Origin: Bugula neritina
Lineage: Eukaryota; Animalia; Bryozoa
DNA: 64,000 nucleotides
Direction of reading: 5' to 3'
Assembly: GCA_964035545.1 (NCBI GenBank)
Contig: OZ037768.1
Coordinates: forward strand, 7,472,741 to 7,536,740
Both the position numbers and the translations under genes were made by a program. Below are positions 14,301 through 26,324 of the stretch, in pieces (positions within the stretch are counted from its first letter, which is position 1; each line of letters begins with the position of its first letter). The notes beneath the pieces are model-generated. The model was not told the DNA's origin. It was given only the letters and a program-made list of their open reading frames with translations, and did not search any database.

Positions 14301-14487
14301 TAGCTTTTATACAATTATAGGTGCTTTATAACTTTAAATAAACCTATTAGTTATTACTATTAGACAAACCAGTTTCAGAATAGAACTAGTTATTATTTGA
14401 AGCACACAAGCAGTAATCTTTAAAATATTTTACTTACATAGGCATGGCAGAACGAGGATCAGAAGTTTTCGCTAGTTGCTTTGACAT
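5378..14487 (-). CDS. Orphan multi-exon protein (~822 aa, Ser/Lys/Thr-rich, probably disordered) with internally duplicated exon modules
   Basis: 22 GT-AG exons with consistent phases and no stops: 14487-14438, 13925-13750, 13591-13513, 13128-13001, 12782-12648, 12406-12281, 11248-11123, 10966-10832, 10489-10364, 10067-9951, 9659-9531, 9273-9157, 8893-8780, 8589-8476, 8038-7873, 7611-7517, 7143-7086, 6880-6693, 6386-6272, 6107-6045, 5826-5804, 5466-5378 (2469 nt). Starts MSKQLAKTSDPRSAMPMCKG and ends KLQKFFKTLRKPFTK*. No family recognised. Confidence 0.75.
9150..10550 (-). repeat. Tandem duplication of a two-exon unit including introns (~9150-9720 and ~9945-10550)
   Basis: Exon pairs 9659-9531/9273-9157 and 10489-10364/10067-9951 are homologous, and intron sequence aligns too (tgttaaatgttagcta, aaacctatgttgtc, gtagaataaaatgacaaac in both). 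Confidence 0.9.
9765..9837 (+). mobile_element. tRNA-like head (second SINE family or tRNA pseudogene)
   Basis: GCCCC...GGGGC acceptor-like stem, A box TGGTGCAATGG, degenerate B box GGTTTGAATCTC, 6-nt anticodon loop (non-canonical). Lies in an orphan-gene intron at the junction of the duplicated units. Confidence 0.6.
11105..12450 (-). repeat. Duplicated 126-nt exon with flanks (~11105-11290 and ~12262-12450)
   Basis: GDAGGSAVSSGTTQEKITADEKGEATTSKSFTKVITLPPLLD vs GDAGGSRVNSTTKQEKIIADEKGEATTSKPFTKVISLPPLLD. Flanking intron sequence (aatattaaacataatttac; ctgtaatacatgt) is shared. Confidence 0.9.
11644..12048 (+). mobile_element. Possible solo LTR (~405 bp)
   Basis: TGTTATTA...TTATTACA termini, internal TATA-like TATTTAAG (~11856) and AATAAA (~11982), imperfect 5-bp flanks atatt/atttt, GC-richer than surrounding intron. 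Confidence 0.35.
13976..14186 (-). mobile_element. tRNA-derived SINE family A, full-length copy
   Basis: Minus strand: A box TGGTCTAGGGG, B box GGTTCAAGCCC, core GATGTTAGGAAGAGCATCCAGTCATAATTGCTCC. TSD gattc(c/t)agtttacaca at 13960-13975 and 14187-14202. Confidence 0.85.
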
Positions 14488-16200
14488 AGTTTTCTAAATT
14501 CGCTCAAAATTACAGCTAAGGTATTTCAGAACAAATCACAATATCCATTAAATAACGTTTGGTTCAACAATGGGTTTTTGATAAATACATGTAAAACTTT
14601 CATTGGATAGTCAATTGTTGTCCTTGACCTGCCATATTATTTGAAAAATGTTTCAATACTTTCAATTTTGTTGTATATCTGTAACTCTCCCACTTACCTT
14701 AACTTAACATCTTCAGTTGGTCAAAATTCCAACTTGCTAGCTCTAAATAAAACAAGCAATAATGAACAATAACTCTGCACAATTTTTGTCACTAACACCA
14801 AACAAATAAAAAACACTGAGATAGAATAACAAAAAAGGATTTAATTTACCTAAATACTGCAGTAAATGGTACAAATATGAAAAGATTTCATAAATTTAAA
14901 AAGTTATACAAAAATGGTCTCAAATACTTTGTTTTCAGAATATCATTACTTGGGTTTAATAGTTAATATCTAGAAAGTTATTTTCAGCATACACATGCAA
15001 GGCTTGTTGGTTGATTCTAATACAGTGCATATAAGTAAATGAGCTGCATTTAGGTTGCATTCATCGTTATATAATATTCAGCTGCAGTGTCAAAAATACA
15101 TGCAGTCATAAGGAAAAATACCAAAACAAAAATCACACCGTGTTAGCAAATTGACTAAAGGTAGATTGTAACTGATTGCTTACTATTTATAATTAGTACA
15201 TTTTATTAGATTACATTTAAATTTGGTCATTAATCGTTTTGTCACTCAATTGTAAGTTGCTTAAATAATAAGATACCGTGTAGTTAAAATAATGTTGTAG
15301 TAATTTCTTTATCACTTGCTGCAAAATAGCTATAATAAAACAGCTGCAAAATTGTGAAAGCTAAATAGCTTAAAAGCACAAGAAAGCTTATAAATAATAT
15401 CCACAACTTTAAGAAGCTGCAGCTACATCAGAGGAACGTATTCATCATTCAAATTTTTTTCAGAGGGTCACCACGGTTTTTTGGGCTGTATGTTAAAACT
15501 ACTGACTTAACATACCTGTTAACTTACTCTACTTCTAATGATAGTGTGGTAAGTAAACAGCTTAGAACAGAAAATATGTTAATTTATTGGTGACAGCCTT
15601 ATTGTTCTTTGAATATGAAAGGAAACATTAGTTTTGTCTTCAAGAATTGTTTATATAGAAAAGCATTGGTTTATTTAACTTTAGTAAAATTTTTGTAACA
15701 GCCTAAATTTATTACTGCTGCAAAATAAAATGTAATAAACTACATTGTGATTTAAAATATCAACCAAACTTTTTTTCAAACTTATATCATTATAATGGAA
15801 AAATTAAAGCAGTTAATGTTTAATGACTTAGTTTAGTAAAAATAGTTTATTACCTTACTTTACTCTACATTTCAGCAGCCCAAATTTGCGTGTTCTACTT
15901 GCACATTATCTTTGAAATCAAACTTTTTAAACAAAGTATTAAAACAGATTGTAAAAGAATTCCACCATTTTTATGACTATTTTACAAATAATTTTCACCA
16001 CTTTCTTTATTCCCATTGCTTAATTTCACATGGTAAAACATTAAAAGCTGCTTTTTTATAGATTAATGTGAATTGGTCATTCAATATGCAAATTTTATTA
16101 ATTAACGCTTGATATGTATGTTGTAGAGAAGTCTTTTATCCAGCTAAAAGTTTTCGCTCAATTGTTCGTTGAGTGCACAGAAAAATCACACCATTTATTG

Positions 16201-16479
16201 ATGCTAAACAGTAGCATAACTCCAAAAAATAAAGCTGTAGAGAGTATTATGTCTACCAAAGATCAACATAAGATTCAGAGAACTACTCCTCAGGGCCCAG
16301 GAATAGAAAAGGCAACTCCTCATTCCGATAGCAACAATGCAAGATTTGCCAGTGCCAAGTTCAATACTCCACCATCACCAAAATGTTTACCAAAACCACC
16401 CAGTCACTGGTTGCAAAACGTTCCTCCTAGTAGCAGCAACTCAAAAGTATGTGAACCAAGTGATAACAACACAAATTAA
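16201..16479 (+). CDS. PNRC: PNRC-family (proline-rich nuclear receptor coactivator / Edc1-like decapping coactivator) protein, divergent
   Basis: ORF contains [22 protein letters not shown], matching the PNRC1/2 signature [22 protein letters not shown]. Start uncertain (16114, 16201 or 16249). Acceptor-like ttttatccag at ~16143. Confidence 0.75.
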   Translation: [92 protein letters not shown]

Positions 16480-17859
16480 AGAGATTTTAAAGATACAAGG
16501 CTAATGGTTTTTAATGTGAAACTGTAAGTTCTATTCAGGCCCAATCTCTAGTTTATAAATTACGATATATACTTTTAACCAGGAAACTTGGCTCACATCA
16601 ACTTAGCTGTTATAAGAAAATGCTACATAAAGTAACTGCGATCAAATAATGCTATATATAAACTAGTTACTGCTATGCACAGAGATTGTAACTATTATTG
16701 CATATGGTTTCACATGCAAATTTGAAGACTTTTAGTCAAAATACTCAGCTTATCAGTTCCAGCCATTAAATACAGTTATCAGAGAACATTTTATATACAC
16801 AATAACATGTGCTTGAACTTGACTATTTTTACAATTCTTAGTATTTTAATATTTATTCATGATCACAAATGTATTGTTTTTGGTATTATTATCATCTGCA
16901 TACCAACTATTTATTTATATCATAGTAAAACTCAGTTTTTTAATTTATGTATCACATTTTTAGTGAATCAAGCAAATTTTTAAATCATTTTATAAATATC
17001 AATGCATGTGTCATATGAGTTATGACTACACTTGATTTCAAACTTTTGTATGATACTTGTATATATTATAAGCTACATATCCATGTTTCACAATCAGAGT
17101 AGGCTAGTTAATATAAATTGATATGTAAGGCTTTTAGTGAACATTGTATGTGCAAACTGTAACATAATTTCTGTCCATCTTGTTGTCTCAGATTATTGAA
17201 AATCTGCTAGAGTAAATATTATTTTAATGCACATGTTTTGTAACTGTTTCAACCCTGTGAGTATAATATTGTGATATAAAACATACATTGTTTTAAATAA
17301 AAATTAAATGCAGATAGTTGATAGGACAACTTAGCTTTATTTATATAACATCCGATTGTCACAGTTTATTATAAAACATGCAAATACATTTTTTATTATT
17401 GTATCAGGCATCTCAACATAAAGTTACAACTTTTATGAAAGATAAATGGAGTTATCCTTTCTAAAACGCCTTCACTCCACAAATTCTAATATAAAATCTT
17501 TTAAAAAGGCAATAATCACGAGTCAAGTACACTTCAGTTATTTTAACATTTATTCAGATTGGAAGTGGGCTTTCGAGACTGCCGTAGAACCACTAAAATT
17601 AAATATATTTTCTTGTTCAGTAGATAGAACTAGATGATTATAATTATTTAGTACAATTGTGTTAAATAATCATTCTGATTATTCTAGTTATATTTCCATA
17701 TTTATAATTATGTGATTGATTTGTTTTGTACTCCTAGTTAACCAACCAAAATTATAACTCACGTGATATTAATATTATTATTTTAACAGAAATAATTATG
17801 TTATTTCAATTTAGTTTAAGTTTTACAATTTAAATTTGTATTATTGTAGTTGAAAATAA

Positions 17860-18215
17860 CTGTAGTTGTTGAACTTGAAGTTAAACTTAATGTTACTACT
17901 AGTACTAGCAACATTAACTTTAACTTTAAGTTCAACATTACTTATACTAGTATAAGTATTACTTATACTAGTAATACTAGTATAAGTAATGAGTTATTCG
18001 GTAAAACTTTTAGCTCGAAGTGACTGTTTTGAAAACTGTCAATTTGAAGTAGTACTAGTCTACTACTAGTAGTAGTACTAGGTGTAATAGTAGTACTAGT
18101 AGTCTTAGGTCTAGCAGTGGTAGTGGTACTAGCAGTAGTAGTAGTGGTAGTAGCAGTGGTACTAGCACTAGCAGGTGTACTACCAGCTGTACTAGTACTC
18201 TACTAGTACTAGAAG
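17860..18215. repeat. Degenerate 3/6-bp-periodic A[C/G]T tract at CCDC124 5' end
   Basis: e.g. tattacttatactagtaatactagtataagtaatgagt; agtagtactaggtgtaatagtagtactagtagt. Confidence 0.75.
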
Positions 18216-18788
18216 TTCAAAATTTGTTTAGTCATTATTAAAGGTAATCTTGAATGAACTAGTGCTGTTAGTATCATCAGATCTGTTTGCATATAACAAA
18301 ACGACAAGATATAGGATAAGAAGACAAAGGATACAAGGCTATAAACTTTGGTCATACTGGCATAAGTTTTACCACAACTGTTGCAGTTTATATATTATGT
18401 AGTCTTGTTGGATGATATTTTCTTTAAACAATTGGAACATTTAGAAAGTTTAATCTAGGCAATAATAAAAAGTTCATTAAGAAATTTTATAAAAATTGTT
18501 GATAATATTTTGTGACCACTAAGTTTTCAAATCTTTATTGCTAGAGTTTGTAATCAAAGTAGTATTAATAAAAAATAGTATCTTAAATGTTAAAAAGGTT
18601 TCCAAAAAGTAGAAAGGTTACTTTGTAGCACATTTGTACATTGAGAAATTCTCAATTTTCAGATAATTAAGTAGCATCATTCAAGTGTCATTGATAATTT
18701 TGTTTTAGGATATCAGACCCTTTAGGTTAGTATTCTCAGAGCTTTCTACATATCTTTGCAGATTATCAGTCTGAGTTGATGGCTCAAA

Positions 18789-21380
18789 ATGCCTAAAAAG
18801 TTCAAAGGTGAAAATACAAAGGCTACAGAAGCGAAAGCTCGGAAAGCTGCAGTTCAGCATGAAGCTGCAGCTAAAAGGCAACAGGAAGCTGAAGATGCAT
18901 TGTGGGTAGATGATGACAAACATGCAGCTAAAAAGAATCAGCGAAAGGTAATTGAAAGTTATTTGTTTTTGAACTTGCAATCTAGCGTTTTTTTGCTACT
19001 TGTAAGAGTTGAATTAATTATTTCAGCCAAAACTTTTTTGATAATTTTTTATGCTGACTGTTTCATCGATCGTATTGGTAAAATAACTTTAAAACATAAT
19101 TAGCTAAATGTGGGATCACACTTTTTAACAGAACTGGAGTAGGTTTACATTTAGATCTATATTGTTCTCATTTGCTCATTAATGCTATTGCTAAGCTCTA
19201 TCAATTTTTTCCATTTTTTCAACAATAATTAAGTTGTAATTAAAGGGTATAGAGCATTGTGCTACTACAGCGGATGCTTTTTAATTGTTTAGGTGATACA
19301 TTGATGGATTTTACCATTTAAATTTATAAAAGCAATTTTAAAAATGAGTAAAATCTAAATTTATATCATAAAAAACATTGTGTAGCTTGACGTAGTACAT
19401 GTTTGAAAATTATGGATGTTTCACACTTATCACAGTTAATCTATTACACCTGTTGATTTATTTTTAAACTTTTTGTTTGATACAGGAGGATAAGGAAAAG
19501 AAACGACTGGAGCAACTTGAGAAGAAGCGGGAATTGGCTCAACTACATGACCAAGAGCAGGATCAGCTGAAATCTGTCAAATCCAAGTCAACTGATGCTG
19601 TGAAAGTGACTAGACATCAGCTAGAAATGCGGAAGCAGGCTGAGGAGGCAGCGCAAAGTAAGTTCTCTTTCTTCTACAGGAAGAAAGTAACTATTGTTTT
19701 TATTTTGGATACATTTTGTGAATTTTGTAAAACTGTTTATTAAAACAACATACGCAAGTTTATAGTCACTATTTTTAAGAACTTCTTATGGAAAGGGTTT
19801 TTTAATCGGGCTAAGGACTTCTTCATGAGTGGCACAGGAGCAATTGAAACTGGACGCTCTTCCAAACATCACCAATGACCTTTACTGGGGATCGAACCTA
19901 CGACTTAGTGTTTACTAAGCCAAGGACTCTAAACCCTAGACCTACTTATTAGGATGGATAATAAAAGTTGTCTTTCCTAAATTCTATTTTCTAAACCATT
20001 TTAACCAGTATGGAATCAAAAGCTTCTAGTTGATCATACTTGTATGAAATCTGATATCTAGAATCTATATATAGTATTACTACATGAATAGTAGAAGACA
20101 AACTTTCTATCTTGCTTCTGTCGATATTTAATTTTTATAATAATTTCTGATTGTATTGAAGGGTAACATAGCCCTGTGTTATAATAAATCAATGTTAGCT
20201 TATCTTGATTGTATTTATTTGTCCAGCAAGCGCAAGTTTTACTAGTAGCCAGTATAATAGACTGTTGAGTAGTACCTCAGTAACATTGTCTGTAATTGTT
20301 CAATACTGCATAGAATATCTGTATAACTTTAATGTATCAGCCTCGATTTTATTTATTTTTTAATTAGGTGCTCAAAGGAAACTGGACGACTCTATAGTGG
20401 TAGCTGATGAAGAACCATTACATGAAAATTTAAATAGACTAGTTGTTGAAGGAGAAGCTAGGAATATAGATGAAGCTATCGGAATATTAGAGTAAGTGAT
20501 ATTTTGCCCAAACTGCTTCGGTGGATAATACTGAAGTTAAATAAGGTTTGATAGCTATCCCAGTTTCGGTTGAGAACTGATGGCAACAGTAGTTTATAGT
20601 AAATAGATTTTGCCAATCATTAAAATTAATTCAGACTACTTATTCATAGAAAATATCTGAATATAAAGGCAGCAATAACTCAGCTAGATGCTTTGATGCT
20701 TCTCCCTCCACCTTTACAGCATCTCCCTTTAGGAATACAGTCTCTCTCTTCAGTAATACATTAACTCCTTTAATCCTTGTAACATTTCTCTGTAGATGAT
20801 GGTTAAAAGCTATGGATTGCCATGTCATGGGTTTCACATGTAATGATGCTTTTGAAAAAGAAAACAAAATTGTTTTTCGAAAAATCCATTACAACTTTGT
20901 AATACGGTTATTATGCACTCTAATCTATTTGCTTTACAGTACATGTGTGTTTATACTATCAATATTGCCAATTTATGCCCTATAACAGCACCCAAGGAAA
21001 GAGTTTCTGTACTGATGACCATATTTATTGTATTTAATGTAATAAGAACTATGACTGTAAGAAAACATAACTGTTAGAAAACGTAACTTTAAAAGATATA
21101 AAATCTTGGTAATCTAAATAACTTAGGCTACTGATGTTATTTTTAAATAATTGTTGATGTTTTGACTACAAACTATATTTATTGTAGTGGATCAACTCCT
21201 GAGGTAGATAAGAATCCAGAGAAGAGAGTCAAAGCAGCGTATCAGAGTTTTGAAGACAAACGATTGCCGCAGTTAAAGGCAGAAAATTCGAATCTTAGAC
21301 TTTCTCAACTCAAACAGATGTTGAAAAAAGAATGGCAAAAATCTCCAGATAATCCTTTGAACTCTCGTCTGAAAAAATGA
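18789..21380 (+). CDS. CCDC124: Coiled-coil domain-containing protein 124 (Lso2 ortholog, ribosome hibernation factor)
   Basis: Exons 18789-18947, 19486-19657, 20368-20491, 21188-21380. MPKKFKGENTKATEAKARK N-terminus; C-terminal PEKRVKAAY..LRLSQLKQMLKKEWQKSPDNP. Confidence 0.95.
19750..19942 (-). mobile_element. tRNA-derived SINE family A copy in CCDC124 intron 2
   Basis: Aligns with 13976-14186. B box GGTTCGATCCC on the minus strand. Confidence 0.8.
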
Positions 21381-21797
21381 GAAGAAGTCGAGTGTTCGAC
21401 ATTTTCAAGCGTGCCCAGAAAAGATGAGATCTGCAGAAATTTTTATGTCTAGAAAAGATGAGATATACAGGCATGTCTATGCCTAGAAACTGCGATGTTG
21501 TTTATCTTAAATGTTGCTTTAAGGCTTCAAGTGTTGTGGTTGGTTTTAAATTGAAAAGTGTGCTAGTGTCAATCGCATTAACTCATGGAACACTTAAGAA
21601 AATGGCACTAACTGCAGTACAGGTGCTTTATATACAGTGTATATATTTTTATTGTATTTACAAAAAAACAACATTTAATAACGTAATAGAAAATGTGAGA
21701 TATAGTGGACGCTTGAACTTGGTTAAAGTCCATGTTTATTTAATGTCACTATTTTCGTTCAAGTCATGTTTTGGTTCTTCCCCAGCTAGTCTTTGTG

Positions 21798-24700
21798 CTA
21801 ATACTTCTGCTTGATCTTTTTCAATATGTTGCCCTGTTCCATTGCTGCTCGTCTTTTACGCTAAAGTTTTTCAAAGCAAGATATTAGACAATGGTGCAAT
21901 TTTAACATTTTATAAAATAAATATATATATAATGCTATTTTTGTGTCTTCGAAATTAGATTTTCTGTTATATAAGAACTGCACAAAAGTGCTATCTATAA
22001 TAATGGAAAGAAAAATATGATGGAGATATAATGCTTACATTGGGTGCCCCGGTTGCTGTCAGATCAATGGATTCTGAAATGCTCCTCTCAAGTGCTGGGT
22101 GGCTGCTAGATGTGTCAGATGCTCCCGCAGGAGCAGAGATAACAGGCAACAACTTCTTGTGTGTGTTGACTAAACCTTCAGGCAATTCAACTTTCTATAA
22201 TAGAATATATGATAGATATAGATAGCAACTGCATGGCTAGAGAATGAGAGGATGTTGATAAACCAACTGTCTAATAGTTTGTTAACTTGAGCGCACATTT
22301 TTGTAAAACAACCTGAAGGTAATTTATTTGATGCGGACTTCGCCTTCAGGTTATTCAAAGAAAAACTGTTTTCCCTTTTCGGAAAGTTAGGGCTCACAGA
22401 AAACAATTTACAACGAATTATTTGCCAAATGAATAATCAAATTATTCTACTGTTGGCAATTGCACAGTTGTGACACTATTTAAGATAAAAGGCTGCTAAC
22501 GAGATTGTTTATTTACCCTTTCTGGTGCAAGAGTTTCTAGCCTATGCTTCAGTGTCTGCAGGTCATATTCGCAGTTCGCTAAGGCTAACTTTAACTCGTA
22601 TAGCAAAACAATGTCTTGTCTCAGCTCGTTGTAACTTGAAATTATCTCCTCCGTAGGCATAGGAGAAACCTCTATTCCCAGCTCATCCAATACATGCTCT
22701 ATTGCTTTCATCTTCTTTTGTCCCACAGAATTAGGCAACTTCAACTAAAACATGACTCCATGAATATATATATGTATGTTGTAAGCTTATTATAAGTGAG
22801 CTGATTATCAATACGAGATAATTGGCACATGGGCTGCAAGTAGCAAAAATATTGAACTAAAGTAAATAGTATTACTTACCCTTTGACTACGAAGAGTAAC
22901 TCCAGCCTGTTTGCTGTCAGAAAATCTAATGCCTGTGGAGTCAGGGGTCAGTGACTAAAACATAATGTCGATTGGATTAAGTAACTAAATAAGCTTTTCT
23001 AAAATAAATTGATTACCAGAAGCCATTAATTGCAAAGAAAATCACTGATAGAATGATAATCATTAACTATTAAGTGCCATGTAATTCACTTTCTAGTAAA
23101 ATGCCTGCATTGTACCACAGCAATGTACCAAATTTATTAGACAACTCCAACTTTGATAATAACAACAGCATTTAAACATAAGCTGTAGACGTAAACTATA
23201 TACTTACAATCGAATCTCGTTTAACATGACCGTGATGCTTCTTCTTATGGTGTGGTATAACAATACTTTGTTTACGATCTGCCTTTTTATTTTCTCCACC
23301 CTGAGTCTCGGCAGCACTGATCAACTTCTGTAAATCAGCTGCCTTTTTCTCCCTCTCTTTCTTTCTCATCTCGATTCTCTTGAGCTCTGCTAGCAAATCA
23401 AATTCTTCATCCACCTGTAACATCCAAAGTGCATACATCAGCACCCGAATTTGTGTACACACCTGTGATACACTGAACAGGTAAACCATTATATTGTCTT
23501 TATTGCAGAAATAAGTAAGGATAAAATACTATGTAGACAACATAAAAAGTGAAATATTGATGCCTGAGGAAGATTTAAAATATAAAGTTACAAATCGGCC
23601 ATCAGGGCTTTGAATAAAATATATATATTCATTTAGGTAGTATTGATATAACTATGATATAATAATCATGAGACTACATTAGCAGATTATACGTCTAAAG
23701 CAAATATTATATTGAAAATGACTAACATCTCAGTTTTGGTAGAGTCTGCATGCTTTATGTGTTTTAAAATGTGCTCTTATTGCAATCACATTTTTTATTG
23801 GAATATTTGTAAAAAACAAAATTAGAAAGATTGCATTAATTTTTAAACTTTACTTAAGTCCGATAACTCGTTAAATCACAACTTGAAATACAACAATGCA
23901 ATAAATGTCTGCATTGAGACACGCAAGTACCTCTTCCTCCGTCCTGTCGTACAAGTTGATGAGTTGCTGCTTTCTCCGTCTTTCATGATCTGCATCAAAC
24001 ATTCTTATTCTGGGCTCTTGACCAGGAGGTGCACGGATCTATAGATATAAAGTAAATAATAACATACAGCAAAATATAACGCAATAGGCATAGTATAATA
24101 AAGTAATACAGTCGATTTTTGTGTGAAAACTGAATGTCCTCAATAAAGGAATACAAACTTTATCCGCCAGTTATGTTTAAGGTTATAAGTCTGACACACT
24201 TTTTGATACATATTTGACATGAAGATTGTGCACTTTACAAATGAAGCCTTGGATATGTGAATGCAAAACTACGAAGTACAACAAGCATTTGGAAATCACT
24301 ACTTTTTATTCTTTATTGCATTTTTACCTTGACTTTATTTTGGAGAAATTTCAAGCCAGCCTATGAAACTAAAACTGCTATGTGTCAAAAGATCTTTGAC
24401 AATTGCAAAATAAATTAGCAATTTGTTTTAAATTCCTTTAACAAACCTTCAACAAAGTATTTGCTATGTTATAATATCGGTCTTTGATATCTTCCACTGA
24501 ACGCTTAGCAAACTTATCAGTGTTCCATCTGTCGTGCATTACTATGTATCTCATATCAAATCTCTTAGCCAAGTCCATGAGATGGTCTGTCTCTGATCGA
24601 CTCCATCCATCGCCAGATAAATGTAGCTGATATTCAGCATCAGTGTACATCATAACCTCTGCTGCCTAGCAACAAAAATTAATGATAAGTTTCATTCTGT

Positions 24701-26324
24701 AACAACAATCGAATGACATGCAAAAAATATATTTTGGTACCTTATTGAAAGCCGCAAATGGGTAATCCTTTCCTTCGTCAGCGATTCTCCTCCAGTGATA
24801 AAATATTGCACCATCCTAAAAGTTACAAGCACATTGGGTTTACTCAACATGCTCACCAAAAAGCTAATATTTGTATTTTATTTGTATTTTATTGGTCTGA
24901 TCATAATCCAAAAACTTGAAATTTACTAGATATATTTAGCATAAAGAGATGTGTACTTTAAAATTAGAATATAAGAATAAGAGCAGAAAAACCTGTCACA
25001 GATGAATTATGTATGTATATAATATATTTTCACAGGGAGCAGCTGTGGTCTAGTGGCTAGAGCGCTGGCTTAGTAAACCCCAGTAAATGTCATTGGTGAT
25101 GTTAGGAAAAGCATCCAGTCATAATTGCTCTTGTACCACATATAAATAAGTCCTTAACATGCTTTAAAAGAAACTCTTTCCATTAGGGTTTCTTACGGGG
25201 ATAGTGACTACCAACTCGCATGAGTATAATATATTTTCACATCACACACGACCCAGTGGTAGCATTAAGTTTTGAATTCAAACCTTGCGAGCTGGATTCT
25301 GAAAAGGGGTCCATGACCAGGGCCTAACTTTGCTACTCCCAAGTTTAGCTTTGAGAGCTTTATACCCTTGAGTTGATTCAGTGGCAATCACAGGTGGAGC
25401 ATCCCTAAAACATTTCACATCAAGTAAACAACAAAGTTAAAGATTTGAAACAATAACTTTGTTGTAAAAAAGTTGCTCTGCCCACAATTATTGATTTTTT
25501 TTTAGTTAAAGACAGCAGGACAAGCTACAATGAAACTATGGTTCAACAAAATAAATTAAGTATACTTGACAAAATCAAAAAAACTTTAGTCAACAGTTTC
25601 AGAAAAACAATAATAATTTTACTAGCTAGATAAAAAAGGAAATTTTAAGTAGTTGAATTAAAATATTTAAAAAAACTGGGTGATAAATTATTTATAATTG
25701 CAGTATCACATAAAAAGTTTTTTTTTTATTTCATTATCAATATATTTCATTAGGTCAAAAATACTTGAATTTATAATACTCGAGTGTCATTCATTATTAA
25801 ACATAAGAATAAAGCTTCAGCTAAATGTAAAAAAATTGTGAGCACCAGCCTTGTATTGATTGTTAGCATTTAACTTTTTTTAAGTTTAGTAAAGCTCTAA
25901 GTTTACTTTAAAATAACTAAATACTTTGCTAAGAATTTTGTGGTGGTATAATGCAAACTAACAGAGCTGAAGGAAATATAACAAAAGATTTAGACAACAT
26001 ACATGTTATCAGTCCATAGCAGTCCCCATAATTCTCTGTGCATCCCTTCAGGTTTTTTAATGTCATATTTCTTAGGCTTTTTCTAAAAAACAGCAAATGT
26101 TGATTTCATGTTTATAGGAAACATTCAACATATAAATATTGAAGCTAAAATTACTTGAAATTTAGAAACAATTAACATATTTCAGAGCCTAGTTAAAATA
26201 CTAGAGGAAGTACAGGCACAGAACATACAACTTTCTTTGTCCCATCAGAATTCATTAATTCTGACTTTTTACTTTCAACACCAGAAATCTCCAAAATGTC
26301 CATAATGTCGCTACTCCGATCCAT
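21798..26324 (-). CDS. DMAP1: DNA methyltransferase 1-associated protein 1 (NuA4/SWR1 subunit, SANT domain)
   Basis: 11 coding exons: 26324-26232, 26082-26003, 25404-25284, 24815-24741, 24665-24447, 24038-23931, 23414-23208, 22954-22880, 22744-22517, 22194-22039, 21860-21798. Motifs KPEGMHRELWGLL, RPWSWTPFQNPARKDGAIFYHWRR, WSRSETDHLMDLAKRFDMRYIVMHDRW, GVTLRSQRLKLP. Confidence 0.95.
25035..25224 (+). mobile_element. tRNA-derived SINE family A copy with internal deletion of the B-box region
   Basis: A box TGGTCTAGTGG, same core as other copies, perfect 17-bp TSD TATAATATATTTTCACA at 25018-25034 and 25225-25241. Confidence 0.85.

Noticed and set aside
21458-22406. Short ORFs in the CCDC124/DMAP1 3' region, and similar 60-120 aa ORFs throughout introns
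   Set aside because: Antisense or intronic shadows of real exons, or AT-rich chance ORFs, without recognisable motifs or splice support.
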